In this document: piece by piece, positions 49,901 through 57,296 of the stretch
Numbering within the stretch: position 1 is the first letter of the stretch
Layout: every line of letters begins with the position of its first letter
Assembly: GCA_021159305.1 (NCBI GenBank)
Contig: JAGGSB010000031.1
Coordinates: 1 to 61,221, forward strand
DNA from: Deltaproteobacteria bacterium
Lineage (GTDB): Bacteria; Campylobacterota_A; Desulfurellia; JAGGSF01
Reading direction: 5' to 3'
DNA: 61,221 nucleotides
Position numbers and translations under genes: made by a program
The notes under the pieces: generated by a model
What the model was told of the DNA's origin: nothing
The model's database searches: none
The model's input: the letters and a program-made list of their open reading frames with translations, nothing else

Positions 49901-51071
49901 TTGTCGCAGATTCACCAGGTCTCAATACATGATGAATATATATTTTGGCTACATCTTCTTCTGGCACATTGTCAAAAGCAGCCGTCTTAAATTTCCCCAT
50001 TATCTCTCTATCTAAAATTAGTGTGTTTCTTATCGTGTAATCATCATAATCTGCGCAAATCAACTCTAAAACTACATTTTCCATAGACTCAAAGACATCC
50101 AGGTAACTGTTAGTTATCATATCTCCGCAATCCAGAATAACTTCTCCCTTCTCGTCCAACACACTTTTATACAAATAATGATCCACTATCTGCTCTTTAT
50201 CCACAGGAAACCATTCCACGCCGCATCGTTTTGCTTTCTCCACCGATTCGGAAGATATCTTTTCATCCTTCAAGACGACTATCTCTTCGTCTTTCTCAAC
50301 ATCCGCATTTACCTTAAATCCACGAGCTTTATCAGAGGCTTCTACAAAAAACGCACCATTGTCTATTCTCACTTTTGTAGGAGAATAGAAGAGAGAAAAC
50401 ATCTTCTCCTCTCCAAGTCCCAATGCCTTAAGGATAATGGTAGCAGGAAACTTCTTTTTTCTATCTATACGAGCATAAATAACATCCTTTACGTCTGATT
50501 CGAATTCAATCCATGAACCCACATCAGAGATAATTTGACCATGATAAAAAACTCTTCCTCCAGTTGAGGATAAAGCAAGTTTTTTAAATATAGGTCCCGG
50601 TGAACGATGCAACTGGCTAACAATAACCCTTTCTACCCCATTTATAATAAAACTGCCCTTTTCTGTCATCAACGGCATCTCGCCTAAATATATCTTCTGC
50701 TCTTTTACATCCTGCGGAGATATCCTCTTGCCTGTTTTTTCATCAATATTCCAAACAGTAAGCCTCACTATCATAAGTAGTGAACCGCCATAAGTAATGC
50801 CCTTTGCTCTACACTCATCAGGCTTGTGTTTGGAATGGCCAACTTCGTAATCAACAAACTCCAATGTAAGCCGACCATGAATATCCTCTATTGGAAAGGT
50901 TGTTTCAAACAACCTCTTTAAATTTTTCTCCACTCCAAGATCCTCACTCAAAAAATCATAATAGGACCTCAACTGCGCATCTAAAAGGTCAGGAACAGGC
51001 AAAATCTTATGCATCTTCGAAAAATCAAGCCTCAACCTCCTACCAGAAAGTAAAGGTTCACTCATATTCAC
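46953..51071 (-). CDS. rpoB: DNA-directed RNA polymerase subunit beta
   Basis: 1372 aa, GSNMQRQAVPL and other beta signatures, 4-nt overlap with rpoC. Confidence 0.97.
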   Translation of the reverse strand: MNMSEPLLSGRRLRLDFSKMHKILPVPDLLDAQLRSYYDFLSEDLGVEKNLKRLFETTFPIEDIHGRLTLEFVDYEVGHSKHKPDECRAKGITYGGSLLMIVRLTVWNIDEKTGKRISPQDVKEQKIYLGEMPLMTEKGSFIINGVERVIVSQLHRSPGPIFKKLALSSTGGRVFYHGQIISDVGSWIEFESDVKDVIYARIDRKKKFPATIILKALGLGEEKMFSLFYSPTKVRIDNGAFFVEASDKARGFKVNADVEKDEEIVVLKDEKISSESVEKAKRCGVEWFPVDKEQIVDHYLYKSVLDEKGEVILDCGDMITNSYLDVFESMENVVLELICADYDDYTIRNTLILDREIMGKFKTAAFDNVPEEDVAKIYIHHVLRPGESATTESAKTFFNMLFFDPKRYDVSLEGRLKLNEIFNIDVPEDIRILTPDDFVGMLKYLILLKNEVVIPDDRDSLFNRRLGLVGELLYGQMRIGLLRMQKLIKDRMIIRDIAGITPFDLINAKPVTSAIMSFFSMGQLSQFLDQTNILAEISHKRRLSALGPGGLTRERAGFEVRDVHPSHYGRICPVETPEGPNIGLITSMATYARVNRYGFLETPYRRVKDGKVLTELDYLMASQEKGHIIAQANAALNPDGTFKNKYVSARKDDEFVMVKREEVTLMDVSPNQLVGVTGSLIPFLEHDDANRALMGSNMQRQAVPLITNEAPLVGTGMESVVARYSRSAVIAQRDGEVVRVEANRICIRSKEKENLCNLDDYPIRRFEKTNQNVCFDQHPIVNVGDKVKKGQVIADGPTMDKGELALGKNLVVAFIPWYGYNYEDAVVISHQAVDEDVYTSVHIREFDVSVRDIKLGLEEITADIPNVSSEVIRNLDENGIVRIGAYVKPGDVLVGKITPKVETYYSPEERLLRAIFGEKASNVADSSLRVPSDAEGVIIDVKILRSRQAEKGDRFKEMEEMNVENINKELQSKLNIVNKLYMDSLKQLIAQNPLEKDVVNIKGKIVEKKGKRVSIKKLSSLDVNGLKSLCVSKKLKQKSLSIERYYKKMIKDLKESAAEEIKNTGKEDDLPSGVVMAVKVYMAVKRKLMVGDKMAGRHGNKGVVSKILPAEDLPFLEDGTPVDIVLNPLGVPSRMNIGQILEAHLGFICKGLGEKINVLVKQGKKTAIRNFLNDIFEGNKRETKAFIERLSNEELTRFAIDWASGVKASVPVFESATEEELEGLVKRSGIKLSKMKLYDGVTGEPFANPVSVGCMYVMKLNHLVEDKIHARSIGPYSLVTQQPLGGKAQFGGQRFGEMEVWALEGYGAAYTLQEMLTIKSDDIPGRNKAYEFATKGKDITLGGVPESFNVLVQELKSLCLDVELLKSVRSVY

Positions 51072-51083
51072 CTCATCTCAGTG

Positions 51084-51120
51084 CAAAAAATAAGGGAAGA
51101 GGTACCGAAACCCCTTCCCC
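51084..51120 (-). terminator. intrinsic terminator/attenuator between rplL and rpoB
   Basis: Minus-strand GGGAAGGGG-TTTCGGTA-CCTCTTCCC (51119 down to 51094, a 9-bp stem including one G-U) followed by TTATTTTTT. Confidence 0.7.
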
Positions 51121-51142
51121 TCATCTATAAAACAAGTAAAGT

Positions 51143-51523
51143 TTATTCAACTTCAGCAGTAGCTCCTGCCTCTTCTATCTTAGCCTTAATAGCTTCTGCT
51201 TCTTCTTTGGATAAATGCTGCTTCACTTTAGTAGGGGTTTTATCTACTAACTCCTTCGCTTCTTTCAACCCCAAACCTGTAATCTCTCTCACTGTTTTTA
51301 TAAGCTGAATCTTTTTCTGGCCAATTTCCTTCAACACAATGTCGAATTCGGTTTTCTCTTCCGGCTTTGCTTCTTCGGCCGCTTGAGCTGGAGCTGCCTG
51401 AGCAACCATTGCCTGAGCGCTTACTCCAAAATGCTCTTCTAACTCTTTAACAAACTCACTCATCTCCAAAACAGTCATGTTCTCAATAAATTTGACAACA
51501 TCTCCTTTACTAATATCAGGCAT
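51143..51523 (-). CDS. rplL: 50S ribosomal protein L7/L12
   Basis: [20 protein letters not shown] and C-terminal KEAKELV...GATAEVE. ATG at 51523 has AGGAGG 8 nt upstream, and the ORF-track start at 51529 is too close to the SD. Confidence 0.95.
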   Translation of the reverse strand: MPDISKGDVVKFIENMTVLEMSEFVKELEEHFGVSAQAMVAQAAPAQAAEEAKPEEKTEFDIVLKEIGQKKIQLIKTVREITGLGLKEAKELVDKTPTKVKQHLSKEEAEAIKAKIEEAGATAEVE

Positions 51524-52082
51524 TCCCATTACCTCCTAAAGTCCTATCCTTTTTTTCCTCACAAGCTTTCAAAACATAAATAAATTTCAGCAAGATACCA
51601 TTAAACACATTCATAAAATTAGACAGAGGTGCATTCAACATAGACAAGAGTTGTGCAGTGAGAACCTCTCTTGGTGGGAGAGTAGCAATTGCTCTAATTT
51701 CATCCCGAGAAAGCAATCTTTTTTCAAACGCACCTGATTTAATCTTCAAGTTCTCATAAGTCTTCGTTTTTCTCACTAATGTTTGAATCAAATCAACGGG
51801 GTTTGCTGCGGTATAAGCTACAGCATTAGGACCTGAGATTTTATCCACAAGCCCACTAAACCCCGTATCCTTTAACGCCCTTTTTATAATCGTGTTTCCC
51901 ATAACATGAAAACCGCCGCCGCTTTCCTTCAACGCCCCTCTCACATCTTCCATTTCTTTTATACTCATACCAGAAAAATCAGAAAGAACCATGACCTGCC
52001 ATTTACTCACATCCTCTCTCAACTTCTCTACTTTTTCTCTTTTTTCCTTTATACTTTTGCTTTCCAAATTTTCTCTCCTCAT
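51516..52082 (-). CDS. rplJ: 50S ribosomal protein L10
   Basis: 188-aa L10-like sequence between rplA and rplL. Confidence 0.93.
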   Translation of the reverse strand: MRRENLESKSIKEKREKVEKLREDVSKWQVMVLSDFSGMSIKEMEDVRGALKESGGGFHVMGNTIIKRALKDTGFSGLVDKISGPNAVAYTAANPVDLIQTLVRKTKTYENLKIKSGAFEKRLLSRDEIRAIATLPPREVLTAQLLSMLNAPLSNFMNVFNGILLKFIYVLKACEEKKDRTLGGNGNA

Positions 52083-52768
52083 TTAATTGTTCCCACGCCA
52101 ATCTTCACAGAAGGGGAATGAGTTGCACTCAAATAAAGAGTTTCTATATATCTTCCCTTTGCTGCTTTAGGTTTCGCCTTCACAACTGAATCGTAAAAGG
52201 CCAGTATATTTTCCTTAAGTTTTTCGCTATCAAAAGATTTTCTGGCAATTGAGGCATGAATATTAGCCGTTTTATCTACTCTAAACTCTATTTCTCCTGC
52301 CTTAGCTCTCTCTACAGCCCCCTTCACATCAAATGTCACCGTTCCTAATTTCGGATTGGGCATTAGTCCTCGCGGCCCTAATATCTTACCCATTTTTCCT
52401 ACTACAGACATCATATCCGGCGTTGCAATTATCTTATCAAACTCCAACCATCCGCCCTTTATCTTCTCCGCCATATCTTCTCCGCCAACATAATCTGCGC
52501 CTGCATTCTCCGCCTCTTTCACCTTTTCTCCTTTGGCAAAAACCAACACCTTAACAGACTTACCACGCCCGTGAGGCAACACCACCATACCCCTAACTAA
52601 CTGGTCAGCGTGTCTCGGATCAACACCTAAATGCATAGAAACCTCTATCGCTTCATCATAATTTGCATAGGCAATATCCTTTAATATCTTTATGCCTTCT
52701 TCCAACGAATATTCCTTATGTTGATCATATTTTTCCAAAGCCTGTAAGTATTTTTTACCTCTTTTCAT
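52079..52768 (-). CDS. rplA: 50S ribosomal protein L1
   Basis: 229 aa, [11 protein letters not shown] motif. Confidence 0.95.
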   Translation of the reverse strand: MKRGKKYLQALEKYDQHKEYSLEEGIKILKDIAYANYDEAIEVSMHLGVDPRHADQLVRGMVVLPHGRGKSVKVLVFAKGEKVKEAENAGADYVGGEDMAEKIKGGWLEFDKIIATPDMMSVVGKMGKILGPRGLMPNPKLGTVTFDVKGAVERAKAGEIEFRVDKTANIHASIARKSFDSEKLKENILAFYDSVVKAKPKAAKGRYIETLYLSATHSPSVKIGVGTIK

Positions 52769-53190
52769 AATTCTACCTCGACGCCCATATTTTGCGCAGT
52801 ACCGGCAACAATCTTCATCGCCTTTTCTATATCCTTGGTATTCAAATCCGGCAACTTCATTCGAGCAATATTCTCCAAATCCTTTTTTGAGAGTTTTCCT
52901 ACCTTAGTTTTATTCGGCATAGAAGAACCTTTTTCTATTTTCAATGCTTTCATTATAAGCTCAGATGCAGGAGGCGTCTTTGTAACAAAAGAAAAACTTC
53001 TATTCTTATAAAGCTTAATCACTACAGGAATAGTGTAATCGCCCTTATCCTTTGTCTGTTCATTAAACTTCTTACAGAAATCCATAATATTTATCCCATG
53101 CTGGCCCAACGCCGGGCCTACAGGCGGTGCGGGAGACGCCTTTCCTGCCTGTATTTGTAACTTAATGGTAGCAGCAGCTTCCTCTTTCAT
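52765..53190 (-). CDS. rplK: 50S ribosomal protein L11
   Basis: [21 protein letters not shown] motif. Confidence 0.95.
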   Translation of the reverse strand: MKEEAAATIKLQIQAGKASPAPPVGPALGQHGINIMDFCKKFNEQTKDKGDYTIPVVIKLYKNRSFSFVTKTPPASELIMKALKIEKGSSMPNKTKVGKLSKKDLENIARMKLPDLNTKDIEKAMKIVAGTAQNMGVEVEL

Positions 53191-53194
53191 TGTT

Positions 53195-53731
53195 TTACTC
53201 CTCTATTTTATCCACTTGATTATAATCCAACTCCACCGGTGTAGAGCGACAAAATATACTTACCATTATTTTTAAGCGCGCTTTATCTAAATCCACCTCC
53301 TCCACCGTGCCCACAAAATCAGTAAACGGACCATCCGTAACCCTCACTTTATCACCTTGCTTGAAAGAAACCGCTGGTCTGGGAGCTTCTTTGGCCTTTT
53401 TCAACCTCTCAAAAACCAAATCTACATCCTCATCGCTCAAAAAAGCAGGCTCTTTCCTATTACCTACAAATCCTGTTACATGGGTCAATTTTCTTATAAC
53501 ATCAAAAAGAGCATTGTCAAAATGAGCTTTTATAAACACATAACTAGGATACAGACATTTCTGCTTTATCTTTCTCTCACCCTTTTTTATCTCAACAATC
53601 TCTTCTACAGGAACAAGCACTTCTTTTACTTTATCTTTAAAACCCAGCAACTCAGCTTCTTTTTCTATACTCTCTTTCACTTTTCTTTCAAAACCTACTT
53701 GTGTATGAACAGCATACCATTTTACTTCCAT
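53195..53731 (-). CDS. nusG: transcription termination/antitermination factor NusG
   Basis: NGN domain ([11 protein letters not shown]) and KOW ([24 protein letters not shown]). Confidence 0.95.
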   Translation of the reverse strand: MEVKWYAVHTQVGFERKVKESIEKEAELLGFKDKVKEVLVPVEEIVEIKKGERKIKQKCLYPSYVFIKAHFDNALFDVIRKLTHVTGFVGNRKEPAFLSDEDVDLVFERLKKAKEAPRPAVSFKQGDKVRVTDGPFTDFVGTVEEVDLDKARLKIMVSIFCRSTPVELDYNQVDKIEE

Positions 53732-53928
53732 TATTTAAAAACCAATCCTCCTAATATAGAAAAAATGTAATCTAACACACTCAAAATTACAGTAACAACA
53801 ATTATAAATATAACAACCGCTATTGTTGCCGAAAAAAGATTCCTTTTCTCTGGCCAAACAACTTTCTTTATCTCGCTGCGAACTTCTAACAAAAATTTTT
53901 TTATCTTCTCTACAATATTCATATTCAT
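53731..53928 (-). CDS. secE: preprotein translocase subunit SecE
   Basis: Short protein with one C-terminal TM (EVRSEIKKVVWP then a hydrophobic helix) upstream of nusG. Start at 53928 or 53922, because the ORF-track start at 53964 overlaps tRNA-Trp. Confidence 0.85.
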   Translation of the reverse strand: MNMNIVEKIKKFLLEVRSEIKKVVWPEKRNLFSATIAVVIFIIVVTVILSVLDYIFSILGGLVFK

Positions 53929-53934
53929 AAAATA

Positions 53935-54011
53935 TGGCAGGCCAGGGAGGATTCGAACCCCCAACTTGCGGTTTTGGAGACCGCCGCTCTACCAATTGGA
54001 GCTACTGGCCT
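53935..54011 (-). tRNA. tRNA-Trp(CCA)
   Basis: Acceptor AGGCCAG/CTGGCCT, anticodon loop CT-CCA-AA, T-loop GGTTCGAATCC, CCA encoded. Confidence 0.9.
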
Positions 54012-54159
54012 ATTTCACCTCTTTATGCATTGTATGTTTTTTACAAAACCGACAAAACTTTTTAAAATGTAACTTCTCCTTCTTTTCTTTTTTGTTCCTC
54101 TTCGTTGTATAATTTATTCTCTTACACTCATCACAGGCAAGACGAACTATTTCCCTCAT
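54010..54159 (-). CDS. rpmG: 50S ribosomal protein L33 (zinc form)
   Basis: Not in the ORF track. Hand translation MREIVRLACDECKRINYTTKRNKKEKKEKLHFKKFCRFCKKHTMHKEVK. The stop overlaps the tRNA-Trp 5' end by 2 nt. Confidence 0.9.
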   Translation of the reverse strand: MREIVRLACDECKRINYTTKRNKKEKKEKLHFKKFCRFCKKHTMHKEVK

Positions 54160-55403
54160 ATATCACTCCAAAATCTTGGTAACTACACCAGCGCCTACTG
54201 TCTTTCCGCCTTCCCTTATAGCAAACCGCGTTCCTTCCTCAGAAGCAATAGGAGCAATAAGCTCTGCTTCTACTTCAATGTTATCACCAGGCATGATCAT
54301 CTCTACCCCTTCGGGTAATTTTATCACTCCTGTTACATCCGTTGTCCGCACAAAGAATTGAGGACGGTATCCTGTAAAGAACGGTGTGTGTCTACCACCT
54401 TCTTCTTTAGTTAAAACATAAGCCTGTGCCTTGAACTTAGTATGAGGAGTAATGGACCCCGGTTTGGCCAATACCATTCCCCTTTCCACCTCATTCTTTT
54501 TTATTCCTCTCAATAACACTCCGATATTATCTCCTGCCCTTCCTTCATCCAATATTTTTCTGAACATCTCCAGAGATGTTGCTACTGTTTTTCTGGTAGG
54601 TTTAAATCCTACCATTTCTACCTCGTCTCCAGGATGAATAATTCCTCTTTCCACTCTGCCCGTGACTACCGTTCCTCTTCCAGAGATAGTAAATACATCC
54701 TCAATAGGCATAAGGAAAGGTTTGTCAACATCTCTCACCGGTGTCTTTATATACTCATCCACCGCTTTCAACAAATCCCAGATCGCCTTGGTATATTCAT
54801 TTTCTTCACCTTCCGGTGTTTCCAAAGCCTTCAAGGCAGACCCTCTTATAACCGGCAGATCATCTCCGGGATAACCGTACTTGGTCAAAAGTTCTCTGGT
54901 CTCCATCTCTACCAGATCTATCAATTCTGGGTCATCCACCATGTCTGTTTTGTTTAAAAACACAACTATATAAGGCACCCCTACCTGACGGGCTAAAATT
55001 ATATGCTCTCTGGTCTGTGGCATAGGACCATCAGCGGCTGATACCACCAATATCGTTCCGTCCATCTGGGCTGCACCGGTAATCATATTCTTAACATAAT
55101 CCGCATGCCCGGGACAATCGATATGTGCATAGTGCCTGTTCTCCGTTTCATACTCAATATGAGCAATATTGATAGTCAAGCCTCTGCTCTTCTCCTCTGG
55201 AGCTTTATCTATTTCATTATAACCGATATAATTTGCCCACCCCTTAGCAGCTAAAACCTTGGTAACAGCCGAAGTAAGTGTTGTTTTTCCATGATCCACA
55301 TGTCCAATCGTGCCTATGTTCACATGGGGTTTTTTACGCACATATTTTTCCTTTGCCATAAAATCCTCCTTTATAGTCCTTGCAACCCAAACCTTTGATT
55401 TGT
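54159..55403. repeat. 1245-bp direct repeat, copy 2
   Basis: See copy 1. Identity ends at 54158/54159 and 55403/55404 by eye. Confidence 0.85.
54163..55359 (-). CDS. tuf: elongation factor Tu (copy 2, tRNA-operon copy)
   Basis: Protein identical to copy 1. Downstream of the Thr-Tyr-Gly-Thr tRNA genes, as for E. coli tufB. Confidence 0.97.
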   Translation of the reverse strand: MAKEKYVRKKPHVNIGTIGHVDHGKTTLTSAVTKVLAAKGWANYIGYNEIDKAPEEKSRGLTINIAHIEYETENRHYAHIDCPGHADYVKNMITGAAQMDGTILVVSAADGPMPQTREHIILARQVGVPYIVVFLNKTDMVDDPELIDLVEMETRELLTKYGYPGDDLPVIRGSALKALETPEGEENEYTKAIWDLLKAVDEYIKTPVRDVDKPFLMPIEDVFTISGRGTVVTGRVERGIIHPGDEVEMVGFKPTRKTVATSLEMFRKILDEGRAGDNIGVLLRGIKKNEVERGMVLAKPGSITPHTKFKAQAYVLTKEEGGRHTPFFTGYRPQFFVRTTDVTGVIKLPEGVEMIMPGDNIEVEAELIAPIASEEGTRFAIREGGKTVGAGVVTKILE

Positions 55404-55408
55404 GCCAT
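55334..55408 (-). other. candidate 24-codon upstream ORF ([24 protein letters not shown]) overlapping the tuf copy 2 start out of frame
   Basis: AGAGGATTTTATGGCA at the upstream ATG (55408) copies the tuf start region GGAGGATTTTATGGCA 49 nt downstream. Confidence 0.25.
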
Positions 55409-55447
55409 AAAATCCTCTGTCTACCTTCATAGTTTCCACACTCATAA

Positions 55448-55520
55448 AGCCCATGACGGGATTCGAACCTGTGACCTCTTCCTTACCGAGGAAGTGCTCT
55501 GCCAACTGAGCTACATGGGC
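55448..55520 (-). tRNA. tRNA-Thr(GGU)
   Basis: Acceptor GCCCATG, anticodon arm CTTCC-TCGGTAA-GGAAG, T-loop TTCGAAT, no CCA encoded. C at position 33 and an A-C mismatch in the T stem by hand folding. Confidence 0.8.
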
Positions 55521-55528
55521 ATATCAAA

Positions 55529-55601
55529 AGCGGGAAACGGGCCTCGAACCCGCGACCCCGAGCTTGGAAGGCTCGTGCTCTGCCAACTGAGCTATTCCCG
55601 C
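55529..55601 (-). tRNA. tRNA-Gly(UCC)
   Basis: Acceptor GCGGGAA, anticodon arm CGAGC-CTTCCAA-GCTCG, T-arm GCGGG-TTCGAGG-CCCGT. Confidence 0.9.
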
Positions 55602-55610
55602 ATCCACTTA

Positions 55611-55696
55611 TGGTGGGGAGGGGAGGATTCGAACCTCCGTAGGCATACACCAACAGATTTACAGTCTGTCCCCTTTAACCACTCGGGAACCTCCCC
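55611..55696 (-). tRNA. tRNA-Tyr(GUA)
   Basis: Acceptor GGGGAGG, anticodon loop CT-GTA-AA, long variable arm, CCA encoded. Confidence 0.9.
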
Positions 55697-55701
55697 CCAT
55701 A

Positions 55702-55776
55702 TGGAGCTGGCGAAGGGAATTGAACCCCCAACCTGCTGATTACAAATCAGCTGCTCTACCCTTGAGCTACGCCAGC
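55702..55776 (-). tRNA. tRNA-Thr(UGU)
   Basis: Acceptor GCTGGCG, anticodon arm GCTGA-TTTGTAA-TCAGC, CCA encoded. Confidence 0.9.
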
Positions 55777-55789
55777 TTTAAGCGTTGGA

Positions 55790-55817
55790 ATTATATCCAA
55801 AAAACCATCAATGTCAA
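55790..55817 (-). promoter_or_regulatory. consensus sigma70 promoter of the tRNA-tuf operon
   Basis: Minus-strand TTGACA (55817-55812), 16-nt spacer, TATAAT (55795-55790), 13 nt before the first tRNA. Confidence 0.7.
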
Positions 55818-55840
55818 CCTACGAAACCAAACAACAAGAA

Positions 55841-55869
55841 ATTATATCATTATCTTAAATAAAAATCTA
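55841..55869 (-). promoter_or_regulatory. possible second upstream promoter with extended -10
   Basis: Minus-strand TGATATAAT (55849-55841) with a weak -35 TAGATT 17 nt upstream. Confidence 0.35.
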
Positions 55870-55962
55870 CACAAAAGCATTGAATGCGTGGTTACTATTT
55901 AAAAATGTAATCACATAATTCTTTGTCTTTAAAATTACTGTATTTTATGCTAAATTTCGTAT

Positions 55963-56631
55963 ATGTATGTAGAGCTTGTCTCTTTCACGCCTGAACCTGA
56001 AAAGCTATGTGCTTTAGCAGCTCGCATCTGCTATACGGACAAAGAGTGGCAGATATTGAAACAATCCATTACAGAAAAAGAAATACACAATCTATTAGAA
56101 AGAGTAATTTCCTCTGGACACCTGTCCGTCATTGAACACGCTTCTTTTTCCTTTTATATCGAGGGTATATCCCGTGCCTGCAGCCATCAATTAGTAAGGC
56201 ATCGTCTCGCCTCATTTTCTCAACGAAGTCACAGATATTCAAAAGCAGAAGGATTTGTTACACCCCCATCGTTAAAAAATGAAAAAAAATATCTTGAAAC
56301 CTTAAATAAGGCACAAAAAACATATAATCTACTATTAAAAAAGGGCATAAAGAAAGAAGATGCAAGATTTATCTTGCCTCAAGCCATATCTACCCGTATT
56401 TTTCTCACTATGAACGCCAGAGAACTTCTACATTTCTTTCGCCTGCGTTGCTGCTACCGCGCTCAATGGGAAATCAGGGAGATAGCAACGGAGATGCTAA
56501 AACAGGCAAAAAAAGTAGCACCTTTCATTTTTAAAGTAGCCGGTCCTCCCTGCCTTACAGGACCATGCCCAGAAAAAGAACCCTGCGGGACAAACATAAT
56601 AGAGATTAGAAATTTCTTCAAAAATCTATGA
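55963..56631 (+). CDS. thyX: flavin-dependent thymidylate synthase
   Basis: RHRLASFSQRSHRY matches the ThyX signature RHRxxSxxxxSxR. Confidence 0.92.
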   Translation: MYVELVSFTPEPEKLCALAARICYTDKEWQILKQSITEKEIHNLLERVISSGHLSVIEHASFSFYIEGISRACSHQLVRHRLASFSQRSHRYSKAEGFVTPPSLKNEKKYLETLNKAQKTYNLLLKKGIKKEDARFILPQAISTRIFLTMNARELLHFFRLRCCYRAQWEIREIATEMLKQAKKVAPFIFKVAGPPCLTGPCPEKEPCGTNIIEIRNFFKNL

Positions 56632-57296
56632 TAGGAAAATTATTTGTCATTGCCACACCCATAGGAAATATGAAGGATATAACCTTGCGTGCCATCGATA
56701 CTTTAAAAGATGTAGATATCATCTTTGCAGAAAGGCCCAGACATTCATTGAGACTATTGTCCCATTACGGAATAAGCAAATCTCTTTATTTATATAATGA
56801 TAGAAACTGGCAAAAGCAAATAGAAAATGCCTTAAAATTAGTAAAAGGCGGAAAAAATATTGCTTTAATCTCAGATGCTGGGACTCCTGCCATTCAAGAC
56901 CCAGGCTATCGTATGGTGCAATATTTCCGCCAAAAAAATATTGATGTTATTCCCATACCTGGTCCCTGCGCTTCCATATGTGCCCTGCAAGCCTCCGGTC
57001 TGCCCACCGATAAATTTGTGTTCTTAGGTTTCCTTCCTCGCTCTCCAGGAAAAAAGAAAAAACTCTTAAAAACATACGGCTCCTTAGATGCCACCTTGGT
57101 CATCTATGAATCACCATTAAGGGTAAAGAAAACATTAGATGATATAAATGAAATATTGGGTGAAAGAGAGGTGGTGATAGCCAGAGAATTGACAAAGATC
57201 TACGAAGAGTTTCTATTTGGCACCCCTCCTACACTTATTCCAAAAGTAGAAAAGATAAAAGGGGAATGCGTAATCCTGGTAAAAAAAAGTGATTAA
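56628..57296 (+). CDS. rsmI: 16S rRNA (cytidine1402-2'-O)-methyltransferase
   Basis: Tetrapyrrole-methylase-fold N-terminus LFVIATPIGNMKDITLRAIDTL, SDAGTP motif. Confidence 0.88.
   Translation: MIGKLFVIATPIGNMKDITLRAIDTLKDVDIIFAERPRHSLRLLSHYGISKSLYLYNDRNWQKQIENALKLVKGGKNIALISDAGTPAIQDPGYRMVQYFRQKNIDVIPIPGPCASICALQASGLPTDKFVFLGFLPRSPGKKKKLLKTYGSLDATLVIYESPLRVKKTLDDINEILGEREVVIARELTKIYEEFLFGTPPTLIPKVEKIKGECVILVKKSD

Noticed and set aside
51072-51130. 18-codon ORF (MRGRGFGTSSLIFCTEMR) running through the rplL-rpoB attenuator and ending 2 nt before the rpoB ATG
   Set aside because: It has no SD and no sequence similarity to the rpsB, rpsJ and tuf modules. The hairpin is a strong terminator in its own right, so chance is the simplest explanation.
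53735-53995. 86-aa minus-strand ORF overlapping secE and tRNA-Trp
   Set aside because: It is an alternative frame of secE that reads through the tRNA-Trp gene (GGSNPP peptide). The secE frame has the expected TM helix and context.
54159-55403. The second tuf as an assembly duplication artefact
   Set aside because: Each copy sits in a distinct, biologically canonical context (fusA-tuf-rpsJ versus tRNA-tuf-rpmG-secE) with unique flanks. It cannot be excluded without reads, so it is listed as a check under the duplication finding.
55380-55739. 119-aa plus-strand ORF spanning the tuf leader and four tRNA genes
   Set aside because: It is the reverse complement of tRNA genes (tell-tale GIRTCDL, EDSNLRR and GIEPPT peptides). 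This is a classic spurious ORF.
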